A stretch of 63,362 nt of DNA, filler included, from Cercozoa sp. M6MM (lineage: Eukaryota; Protista; Endomyxa: Ascetosporea): assembly GCA_040357565.1 (NCBI GenBank). It is 9 parts of 9 records of this genome, joined end to end, with 100 filler letters (N's around TTAATTAATTAA, not from the genome) between each part and the next. Parts side by side here need not be neighbours in the genome. Positions count along the whole stretch, not along the records: positions 1 to 7,768 come from JBDODJ010000596.1; positions 7,869 to 18,118 come from JBDODJ010000452.1; 7 more parts are not named here. One strand, written 5' to 3'. Under the pieces are notes generated by a model. The model was not told the DNA's origin, did not search any database, and saw only the letters and a list, made by a program, of their open reading frames with translations. Positions 1-10,720 of the stretch are shown piece after piece. Each line of letters starts with the position of its first letter. Within the stretch, counting starts at the first letter, position 1. The position numbers were made by a program, and so were the translations under genes.

Positions 1-13
1 ATAATCTGACGCT

Positions 14-65
14 GAGTCAGTCTGTAACATCCCTTTAAGACTCAACTCGAACTAACTAACTAACT
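14..65 (+). mobile_element. Possible 3' end of the (AACT)n-tailed retroposon family (copy F)
   Basis: AAGACTCAACT followed by (AACT)4 matches the 3' end of copy B (AAAAGACTCAACTAACT); upstream part divergent; no TSD visible at the window edge. Confidence 0.4.
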
Positions 66-396
66 TTTTCGCCTAACATACCCTATTTAGTTTTATCGGC
101 TCCTATTTTTACCCGAAGATAGNNNNNNNNNNNNNNNNNNNNNNNNNNNNNNNNNNNNNNNNNNNNNNNNNNNNNNNNNNNNNNNNNNNNNNNNNNNNNN
201 NNNNNNNNNNNNNNNNNNNNNNGGGGGGGGAGGGCTTTTAGTAAACTTACTATTGGAATCGTATTTCTGCTGCACTTCAGTTGTCGCTGTGACAGTACGA
301 GGTCAACCCAGTTCTAAGAAGTCTAGACTTGAAGGGACTGTCAGTCGCGTCGAAGCATTCTAGACTTTCTAACATAGTCTGCGACCTGGCTTGCGC

Positions 397-1660
397 TCAC
401 AAGAGCTTGCCACGGCAAGCCTCGCCACCAGCACACGACTTGTCTAGCATACCCAAAGACCGATCGATCACCAGCCAGTGATATCACACAATTTGACACA
501 GCTTGGGGACAGTGTGGAAGGAGGAAAGCTTTACACGGGTAGGTGCGCGGCACAACCGAGACACCTGTCGAGGAGGACCACTCAAACTTGAGATCGTCTT
601 GACCCACCTGATACAGAAACACAAGGCCGGAGTACAGTATGACCTCAGGTATCGAGCACGTGATATCGAGGACGTACCTCAAAGTCGAACTCAATGAAGA
701 AACCACGCCAGTATTGCTTCTGTGCCTCAACTGTCTTGCTCACCGTTCTGAGGTACACCATATGTTTCAATCCTATTAAGACAAGTGAGTGCCTTACTTG
801 ACAGCACGCCAGTGTCTCGAGTCATCATCCAGTGGCTCAAGCGGCTCGCTCGTCCAGACGACCGGCGATTTCGGACGCGGCGGCCAACCACTGTACGAAA
901 ATGTGAATTGTCACGGTTGTGTGTATACGACCTGGATGTGCATTCCGCGAGATGTAAAGTTATAGCGAACCTGATCCATCGGAAGTCACGCTTGCCTGAG
1001 AAGGGAGACGTGCGCGCAGAGAAGACGCGCGCGGCAACTGGCACCGGCGAGTGCTCCGGGAACTCGACTACACGAGACGTAAAACGCACAAAACACAAAA
1101 AACAGCAAGTAAACCTTCAATGGCGCCGGTTTCAGAGTTGACACGCCACTCGTACTTGGGCATGTCACTCGGCTGCAACAAACCGCGACGTTGCGCCAAG
1201 ACAGTCTTGATCCACGCCGCTCCACTCAACAGCACCTGTCGCACACAGGTAATTTACAGTAAAAGAAACAAGGGGACTCGTGATGAAAGTTGGTACAGCT
1301 TCGACAGGACAGCCCGGGAAAATGAACTACCAGTACAGTAATAGCGTGGATATGGCGTATCATGTTTTGCTCCACGGTGGTTCATGTACCGGGTGATTGC
1401 AGTTGGGACCGTGACGCACATTGAAAAAGGCCGCATCCTCACGACGCTGGTCCAATCCCGTCGAACGCATCGGCCACCACTCGGCAATATTGTCTGCATG
1501 CACAGAAAGGTTTCCGGACCAGGAAGTGCCGTTACTTAAAATGATAATACCCGGCATGAAGAACTCGTCGGCCACTCCTGACACAATCAAAGTCGGCAGT
1601 TTATCGAAGCGGCCTTGTTGCACGTACTCAATCTGCACCACACCAATGTTTGCGTCTTAT

Positions 1661-1711
<51 letters not shown>

Positions 1712-2631
1712 GCACACAGGGCATTTATATGAATTAAACACAGGGTCGGTGAACGACATGAGCTCCTTCATTCGCGGATTGTCGAAGTGCACGATGAGAT
1801 CTTGGTTAAAGTAGGAGTAGAGCGCCCTATACTTGAATTGCAGCATCTGCCAAGCCGAACTTGCAAAGAAGAGCACTGCTGGACGTAGACTCACCATGGC
1901 CAACCACCGAACGAGCGCCAGATGCGATCCACCTGCGGGAAGAAGTCAAGAATATCCAAGACGATCGGCATGACCGCCACGACACGTTTACTGTCAACAC
2001 CATAGGCAAATGAGACTGCAAGAGGCACAACGCACAAGTGTCAAAACTGCGCTTACTCGTATTCGACGGCAGCAGTCAACCACGCTGTCCAACCCTGAGT
2101 CGTAAAAAGATGCGAAATCATTGTTACATTTGCATCAACAGCAAAGGACAAGCGAAAAGTCAGTCTACGCGCTTGGATCCACCAGCAACAACAAACTCCG
2201 CGGGTCTGCGAGGCACGGAGCAATGCAGTCGCGTTCAACAACACTCTATGAGTTTGTACAGCTTGTATTCAACGTACACTGTGCGGTAAGTCTCACGACT
2301 CCACTGCTGCAGAACATCCATGACTGTCGTTGTCGCACGAGTCATTGCCTGAGTTCCACAAGCTAGATATCAACGCATCAACTATTACAGCGGTGTCCAG
2401 TCCAAGAGTAGAAATATACGTACCATGTGTGCAGTACGCGTCGCGTGTGCTTTTTCGGGTTCCTCCACGTACTCGCGCCATGTGCGAGCAATCAAGTCGT
2501 CCTGATGCATTGACGTAGAAAAGTGACAGGGATACACCCAGGAAAAGCGTCATACCTCACTGCGGCACTTTGGCGGGTCCAAGTGCGCTTCGTCCTTCCA
2601 GCACAGTGCTTGCGACTACAACAACGTGTGT

Positions 2632-2727
<96 letters not shown>

Positions 2728-3521
2728 CGTGTGTGAGTGTGTGTGTGCGTGTGTGTGAGTGTGTGTGTGCGTGTGTGTGCTGTACCGGAATCTGCTTCAG
2801 CACGGCTGCGCGAACACCAAACTTGCACACCATGGCCGCCGTTGCAAGAAGTTCATCGTCGGTTTCCTTCCATTCGCGATCGACGTTGCTATCTCGTCCA
2901 CCAGTAATCCACCTGTGGCGAACAATCTAACGACAACAGACAACGAGTTTCATGTAAACGCACAGCGTCAGCGAGTCATCGAATCGGTCGTCAAGGAGAT
3001 CACCGACGGGCTCGACGTGTGCCACCTGTGCATAGGGGAATTACATGTATGTAATTTACACCTTAACAACAATTTCCAGTTTCAATCGTGTCTCGGTGAT
3101 ACACAAATTGATACGAAGCAACCGTTAAAAGTTAGAACCAACATGTGAGTTGTTTTACCTGGTGGCGCCAGAGCGTGCGGTCAACGGTCTCCAAATCCAG
3201 CCTACACAACGCCAAAGTTGAGCGGAAAACATTTGCAAATTGGAAGAACGGGTATACTTTACCAGTTGAGCGAATGCACCATCAGGACGGTTGCTTGCCA
3301 GCGACCGGTATTGCCGTTACACATACCAGTGATTACCTGGCCAGTCTCCTCGTAGTGAAAGCTGTACCAATGTTTTCTATCTATACTGTGTAGCTGTAAG
3401 ATGGACGAATTTACGTAGGGTCACTATGCCGCTCATCCACAAACTCGTCAAGAGGCGTATGTCGGATTTCTTGCCCCTGAAGTGCCGTACTTGCCACCAG
3501 AGCGGCCAACAACAACTTCAT
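397..3521 (-). CDS. PhoPQ-activated pathogenicity-related (PqaA) / AprA-like secreted alpha/beta-hydrolase, multi-exon
   Basis: Hand-spliced: signal peptide MKLLLAALVAST.., TPLDEFV, FVVAGGSKR|GWTAWLTAAVE, IVSGVADEFFMP|DN, KRDFRW, YWRGFFIEFDF, STGVSVVPRTYP, C-terminal SCAGGEACRGKLL-stop (TGA at 397-399). Confidence 0.85.
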
Positions 3522-4065
3522 CCAATCACCTCCTCCTGCCGAGGTAAAAAGGGGTCGGGAGCAGGGCAATGAGGCGAAGGGTGGGGGGGGGGGGGAGGGT
3601 AAATGGAGGTAAGGGTAAAGGGTAAACAAAATTTAAAAAAAAACAAAATGAGTTCGTGACAATTGACAATCAAAGTCACACAGGCACAAAAACTCCTCTT
3701 AGAAACCGCTGGCAGCATATGGTAGTACCTGCAAGAAGGACAGGTAGTGCAATTGTTCGCTTGTCCCGCGTAGAAGCGAAGGGCCGGCTGCCGGTGGCTG
3801 GCGTATGGTCGCCAGTGACTTGCTCAGGTGACTGGGCTGCGGCAGCTCTTGGTATCAATCGTATCATTCTTTACCTTGCTGCACTGGCTGCTGGTTGCTG
3901 GTTACCTTGTGATCCTTTTCAAGTTGCTCTTTGGCTTGCTGCTTGGTTTGAAAACAAAAAATCAGATAACGAGCGGAAACAGCTGAATAGGAAAAACTAA
4001 AACTGGAAAAGTGGCGTTCGGGGCGCTCACGGGCTTCACTATTTGAGGCTGACAGACGTCCTAAA

Positions 4066-6358
4066 ATGACTGATTCCAGCACCATGGCAGAGCTTGTGCG
4101 AGCGTTTCAGGTATTTTGGACGCATAGCCAACTTGAACTTGCCAACTGTCCCAACTGGCACTTTTACGACAACAGCCTAAGCAGAAGAAAAAGCGCAGGT
4201 CTAGCTCAAAAAGGCAGACTCGAACCCGCTGGTGGGAACAAACATCAACGGCAACAAAGCATCTCCGCGTCGGCGAGCGCAAGGAAAAGCGTCAGTTAAG
4301 TGATTTGCTGCGTATTTTTAAGGACACAGGCATATCCGACACACAGGCAGCGTCCGCCGCGCATGAGCTCCTGTCATTATTGGGCGGTATGCTTGACCGC
4401 TTTGAATGTGTGGACGATTATACCAACTGCTGCACGGAGGATGCTCAAACCAACTGCAGTTCGGAGGACTCTCATTCAACACGGAACCATGTGCGGACTT
4501 TGACACGTGTCATCGTTTCGGCAGCATTAACTCACATGCAACGTGCCACGATAAACTGTTTGCGTGAAGCTGCGTCTCGACTTTTGAAACTACATGTGTC
4601 GTGTGCTTCTACTCAAGAGCAACTGCGTCAAGATTCTCGACTTATCCTTCCGACGTTGCAGCTTTCTCTGTGCTGGAAGCTGCCAACAACGGAAGAAGAG
4701 GAAGCGCGCGCACTCAAGGAAAACACCGCCGCGCACTTGCACCGAAAACAACGCGTTTTGCTGGTCGGAAATGATTGTGTCACGGAATCTCGGAATACCT
4801 CTAGGTACAAAGGTCGGGAGTCGTCAGAGCATGTGCAAGACGCGCATATTGAACTCCTGCTACAACTGTATTCTGTTCTAAGAATACAATTGCGGTGCTG
4901 TAAAAACTACGACGAACTTAAACTCGCTGTAGGTTGGAACGAGTGGAATGTTTTCATGACGTTGAACTCCTGAAGGCCTGCACCGAGCCTGTTGTCGACA
5001 TTTGCCGCTGTACTCTGCAGGTCGCTGCGCCATCGGTCAAGCTCTTAGTTGTTCGTGCGATCCATGTGATTGCTCGCTTGTACACTTGGAACATGGAAGC
5101 AGCCAATTCCATGTATACGCCAGGCATGTCAGTGCCTTCTTTCTTGCCTTGTGCGGGAGCGCCAACGGATATTGAAACTGACCCGCAAGTTCCTCGAATG
5201 CACCTCGGAAAACAGGCAGAGCTGTTGCTCCTGAGTGTGTTGCATACTTTGGCAGCAAAGAGAGCGAACCTACGGTTGGAAGCACTGCACGCACTGCGAT
5301 TCCTTGTGGTTTCAGGAGGAGGACAGGCGCTGCGCGCTTCGACTGGCTTTCGAGAGCACAACATTCTTCCGCTGCGAGGCTTCTTTGCTGGAGATGACAC
5401 CGTGAGGCACAACCTGTTCGCGCGTCTTGTCAGAGATCCGAACTGGAGGGTGCGACGCTTGTTTTTCACCGTGCTTTGCGACTGGCTTCTCAACTGGGAA
5501 CGTGTTTGGGAATACCGTACGCTGTCCTTTTTGTTACAATTGTCAGCATTGTGCACATTTCTTATTATTTACTGTAGAAACCTTCATCGTGCCCTACTTC
5601 TTGTCGGCAATCTTTGACGCAGACGAAGAAGTACGCTCTTGGGGATTTGAAGCCATGGAATTGGTGGGTGCAAGGTTTGCTCGAGACCATCCCAACCTTG
5701 TCTCGCGTCGGGCATACTTTGGAAAGCAAGTGGCGATGGAGCGAGGGGAGAACGATTGGGAACGAGTGTGGACTGAGCGCCTGCCTAAGCCTCATGTCCG
5801 ACGTCCTGCCCTAGGATCCAGATGTTTGGTGACACGACAATTCGGCCATTGGCGAGAAGCTGTTCTCAAAGAGCTTTGTGACTGGAGGAATGACTTCCAG
5901 ACTTCTCGGTCGGCCTTGCTGCTCCTGATGCATTCGATCGTGTACCTGGAACGTGCGGCAGTGCAGTCGGTACAGACAACAGTTCATTTGCCTGGGAAAA
6001 AGAAATATTTAAATTTACACGAAATGCGCTATTGTTATCATGGCATGACGTTCAGGTCCCAGAAATTCTGTCGGCACTCGTCAAAGTCCTTGTCGAGCAG
6101 CAAGGCGCAACCGGCGACATCGTGCGTCAAGTGATTCGACAAATCTGCGGTTTGTTGGGACGACTGTGCGCAGGAGTTGCCAAGGACGACGCCTCACAGA
6201 CATTGTCGAACCCTACGGGCCACGCAGAACAGTCTTCAGTCGCCTGGCGTGGCCATCTCAAATTCCTGCGAGGGCAGTGCCTTGGGGATGGGAGGTATGC
6301 TCAGAGTTTCCGCGACGCACTCTCTGAATTGGAGCTGTGGATGGAAGAAGCCAGATGA
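4066..6358 (+). CDS. DNAAF5: HEAT-repeat protein, dynein axonemal assembly factor 5 (HEATR2)-like
   Basis: NLFARLVRDPNWRVRRLFFTVLCDWLL..E|TFIVPYFLSAIFDADEEVRSWGFEAMELVG and LPKPHVRRPALGSRCLV match the DNAAF5 HEAT region; GT-AG introns join the ORF pieces; start approximate. Confidence 0.72.
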
Positions 6359-6533
6359 GTGATTTCTGTGCCTCGGGTGTGTCTGCATTTCTCTCGATTA
6401 ACCAAGCGTCATCTGATTCGCTCACTGTCATTTATTCGCCCCGACACTCACTGTCAGCAGAACATTTATCCGCCCCGACACGCAGTTGCAGCAGCCTGAG
6501 TTTAACGCCAAACTCGGACTGCCTCACTATGCT

Positions 6534-6591
6534 CGTAGTAGTCAGTTCAGTCTATATAAACCAACTGCTGTGGGTAATTCCCCTGCACCAG
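6534..6591 (-). mobile_element. Retroposon family copy C (58 bp, heavily 5'-truncated)
   Basis: Shares CTGGTGCAGGGGAA and the terminal AGTTGGTTT..AGACTGAACT hairpin with copies A/D; flanked by perfect 10-bp direct repeat TCACTATGCT (6524-6533, 6592-6601). Confidence 0.8.
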
Positions 6592-6681
6592 TCACTATGC
6601 TTCTGCGCTGTATCCGCAGCTATCGCGGCAGCGCTCAAATTTACAGACTGAGTTGCTAAGTTTAGTAAATTTATTTACTTT

Positions 6682-7579
6682 TCAATTTGGCGGGTACAGC
6701 GTGGCAGCTCTACCAACGCTTGTTACGTCGTCAGTGTCCGAAATGATGTGCACATTATACTCCACGTCGCTGTCAGCTTCATCACGATCGAAGCCGGATG
6801 AGCGATTCGTGCTGTCGCTGTCATCTTCATCACGATCGGAGCCGGAGGAGCGATTCGCGCTGTCAGCATCATCACCATCGGAAGAACCTTTCGCAAGTAG
6901 CGAGCGACGCTCCTGTTGTTTGAGCTTTCGACGTCGCCGTCTCTCGCGTCGCTCGCGTCGCTTCTCGTTCGCTACACGAAGAAAACGATAAAATTTAGAC
7001 AATATTCAAGCACTGTGACTCTTAAACTGGAATTTACTATCGATTCCGTCTGCAAAACTGTCGGTGGTCTCAAGAGTGCTACAGTTGCAACTGATATCGA
7101 AGGGGCAGACCAAACTGTCACAAATACCTCAAAAACAGCTCGCCGGGGGCATCGTGGAAGCCAAAGTCTCTCCCACAAACGCCTGCTGGTGCCTTCATGA
7201 AGCTTGGTGCCCTCCGTTCCAAGTCAACAATCGTGGTTGCCCACTCTCTACGAAGCGGCACAGTACATTGAAGTGACCTTTTAGGCTGGTAGGTGTTGTG
7301 CGGGAAGTTTACAGGAGCCATCGCTTTTCTGCATTGACGTGGATTTGGGCGGTGGATTCCGACATACTGTGAACAGATTAACGCGTCGACTTAACTCTCA
7401 CCCCCCATGAAAGAATAGACCAAGAGACATTACAATGCGATGAGTAGGTTCAGCATTAAGACAGCAACAATGATCATGAATGTGAGATAGAGGATCAGTG
7501 CGAGTCCTTTGAATCGGGCAACGGTGAGTTCGGAGAAGGACTCAATCGCCAACGACATTCGAAACAATGTTAACAAGGA
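6682..7579 (-). CDS. TRP cation channel, TRPV-like, C-terminal part (5' part lost at contig end)
   Basis: Exons 7579-7434 and 7366 onward splice to SLLTLFRMSLAIESFSELTVARFKGLALILYLTFMIIVAVLMLNLLIAFMSESTAQIHVNAEKRWLLEWATTIVDLER = pore helix, S6 (LNLLIA) and TRP box; basic/acidic low-complexity tail to 6682. Confidence 0.85.
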
Positions 7580-7594
7580 CTGTGCAAGGGTTTA

Positions 7595-7768
<174 letters not shown>

Positions 7769-7868
7769 NNNNNNNNNNNNNNNNNNNNNNNNNNNNNNNN
7801 NNNNNNNNNNNNTTAATTAATTAANNNNNNNNNNNNNNNNNNNNNNNNNNNNNNNNNNNNNNNNNNNN
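7769..7868. other. Artificial contig linker N44-TTAATTAATTAA-N44 (identical linkers at 18119-18218, 22827-22926, 24393-24492, 45445-45544, 51069-51168, 52286-52385, 56125-56224); plain scaffold gaps at 123-222 and 44076-44085
   Basis: Identical 100-nt cassette with a stop-in-all-six-frames 12-mer occurs eight times; genes are cut at these points. Confidence 0.98.
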
Positions 7869-8070
7869 GGGGGGTAAACTGGGAGGTAAACTGGGGGGTA
7901 AACTGGGGGGTAAACAGGAGGATAAATAGGGGGCTAAATAGGGGGTGAACTGGGGCGGGGTAAACAGGGGGTAAACTGGGAGATAAATAGGGGGTAAGGG
8001 GGGTAAACAGGGGGGTAAACAGGGGGGTAAACAGGGGGGTAAACAGGGGGGTAAACAGCGGGGTAAAACT
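7869..8070. repeat. Intronic G-tract minisatellite (GGGGGGTAAACA)n; same unit at 45545-45640 and, inverted, 52190-52285
   Basis: 12-nt unit repeated with small variants, beginning right after a GT donor; three contigs break inside it. Confidence 0.92.
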
Positions 8071-8072
8071 AC

Positions 8073-10371
8073 CGCTTGGTGTGGTAGAAGGTAGCGTGCA
8101 GCAGCTCGCGCAGGCATCGCGCCAGCTCACGTGTCACAGTCGTTTCGATCGTGTCACCGTCAGTGGTCACATTGTCAGTGGTCACATTGTCAGTGGTCAC
8201 ATTGTCAGTGGTCACACCGTCAGTGGTCACAGTGATCGCACCGTCAGTCAGCCGGGAGTGCCGCACGTGCCGCAGCAGTCGGCGCAGTGTGGCACGTGCC
8301 GCCGCGTCCAGTTCGGCGCGGTGACGGTGCCACATCTCTCGCAGCACCCGTCCGACGGTTCCGTCCGCTGACTCGGTTTCGTTGGCGAAACCGTCAAGTA
8401 GCGCAGTGACACCGTCACCGTCGGGATCAAGCAGCACGTGCTGCGCGAGCTGCAGCGGCGTGCGCTCTCCGTGCCGCTGCAGCCACCGACGCAGCTCTTC
8501 CTTCGGATGCTCTGCCTTCGGAGACGGTTCCTCTGAAGACGGTTCCTCTGAAGACGGTTCCTGTGCCACTGATGACGGTTCCACTGCCACTGGCGACGGT
8601 TCCACTGGTGACGGTTGCGGCATCAGTAGTAGCAGTGATCGCAGGGGCACCGACACCGTCAGACGGTGCAGCAGCTGCGGCAGCGTGCGCGCGTGGCGCA
8701 GACGGCGCAGCACGTCGCGCGCCGCGTCCAACTGCGTGGCCGACAGGACGGGAGACACGTGTCTCTCACCGTGTCTCTCACCGTCACTTGAGTGATCTCT
8801 GCCAGTGTGCGAGTGATCACTGCCAGTGGAACCGTCACCAAGCAGTGTCTGCAGGTCGTGCAGTGTCACCAGCTGCAGCGCTGTTTCCAGGTGCTCCTGC
8901 CCGGTCGGATTGGAGGGGGAAGGGGTTACGGGAGAAGGTTATGGGAGGGGTTATGGGAGGGTTATCGGAGGGGTTATGGGAAGGGTTATGGGAGGGGTTA
9001 TGGGAGGGGCAAGGGGATAAGGTATACCATGAATGCTCGGTTGCGAAGTGGGCGTGGTCGACTGTCGTGTCGCCTGCGATGCTCACCCGATGCAGTGGGT
9101 AGGCCCCCCCAGACATGTGCGAGAGACACAGTGCGAGCAAAAGGTACCAGGACGCGAGTAGACCACGTGCTCGTTCGTAGAGGTAGTGCGAGAGTCGCGT
9201 GCGCACTCGTTCGGCCTTGCGGCGCACTCTGTGCACATGGCAGAAGTCAGACACACAAGTCTAGGTCAGACACACAAGTCAGACATGAACGGTGTGGTAT
9301 GACGGTGTGCTACAGTGGAACCAGTCGTCCTTCTGTCCCAAGTAGAGATCAGTGTAGCCACATACACACGTGTTCATTCTGTAAGTCACCCGGTACCCAA
9401 CGCCGCCTGGACGCTGCTGGTAGCCAGGTCGCGCAGAGTGTTGACACACGCACGTGTCCAGTGGACACCTCTAGGGTACACACAGTCACATTGACACACA
9501 CGCGCACGTGTCACAGGTCACATGCAGTCACAGGTCACATGTAGGGAGGTCACATGTAGGGAGAGGGAGTGGCATACCTTTCCACAAGGTCCTGAGTGAC
9601 GCGGCAGATGCGAAAAAGCCACGAGAAACCGTCGTCGTCGGAGTCATCATCGTCCGCGCGGAGGTCGGTCACCTCCTCCTGGCGAAACGGGTTCTGCGCG
9701 TGGTGTGCGCCACTTGGTTCAATGATCGGTCCAGTCACCTCAGTGTCACCGTCACTAGCATAATCGGTATCAACGACGGTGACATCGGCGAGTCGGTCCG
9801 CGCGGTCGTAGTCGCCGAAGGACAGTTCGAACACCATGGCTACACGGTGCAGTGCGTCCAACCACTCGGCCTGCAATCGGTCAGAGTGTACATCAATGCC
9901 TGTGGACAGAGGGGCAAAGAGTACTCCCAGTACGTGCGACCACACACGTCGCCTCCTGGATGGAGCCGACCACGAGACGGTGGCCTGAGACAACGCAAAC
10001 ACGCAGTCGTCCAGACGGTCCAGGTCGGTGAGGTCACCGTCCAGCACTAAGTCCGACAGGTCGGCTATTCGGCGCACAACTGTGCTGGCGTCTGTGTCCA
10101 GCCAGGCCACTGTGTCTGCCGCCTTGCGCAGCAGGGAGCGGTGCCGTCTCACTGCACACACAGACATATACCGATATGCATACAAACTTATATATATATA
10201 TATAAAGATACTTATATATATTATATATATATCTATAAATAGATATACACACACGCACACAGTACCCTTGCCCTGAGAAACATGGCAAGCAGAGTGAGTG
10301 TACGAATGTTGAAGACTTCGATAACGTCGAATTCGCGCAGTGCATGTTTTATCTCTTCGAATGCCGTCCAT
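8073..10371 (-). CDS. Hypothetical protein, multi-exon, 3'-truncated at contig end
   Basis: Long acidic/helical exons (9578-10130, 8073-8900) bounded by GT-AG; in-frame repeats (VTTDN)n and EPSS; no family recognised; start approximate. Confidence 0.6.
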
Positions 10372-10622
10372 GCCTGTTCCAGACAACTTGAGGGGGGGGG
10401 GGCCCGGGGTAGAAGTGAGGAGTAAAGTTCTGCACCTGTGAGAAAGGTCGCCAAGTGTCCTTGACACGCGCACACGTAGCAGACACCGTACCACACACGC
10501 GATCGCGCAGTGCACCGTAGATCATCGTCATTGGACCCGTTAACCACTCAGGCTGAGTGGGATACTCACAGGTGACAACTCAGTTTCTCAGCTGGGTACC
10601 AAAGGGACGGCGTGCGACACTG

Positions 10623-10692
10623 TGTCGCGTATCCTCAATGTCTTGTCGCGTATCCTCAATGTCTTGTCGCGTATCCTCAATGTCTTGTCGCG
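10623..10692. repeat. 21-bp perfect tandem repeat x3.3 (TGTCGCGTATCCTCAATGTCT)
   Basis: Directly visible. Confidence 0.92.
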
Positions 10693-10720
10693 CAGGTATC
10701 GCAGACATCTCTGTGTAGAT

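Noticed and set aside
2492-2930. ORF-track proteins with (HT)n, (VC)n, (RE)n, (SL)n or FTPL repeats
   Set aside because: Translations of intronic microsatellites and G-tract arrays
7813-7824. Recurrent TTAATTAATTAA as a biological motif, and gene neighbourhoods across it
   Set aside because: Always centred in N44 pads: an artificial six-frame-stop contig linker
7869-8070. True telomeres at contig ends
   Set aside because: Arrays start at GT donors inside genes, are degenerate, and the G strand reads GGGGTAAA rather than a TTAGGG-type unit
10623-10692. CRISPR array
   Set aside because: Head-to-tail repeats without spacers, eukaryotic context, no cas genes
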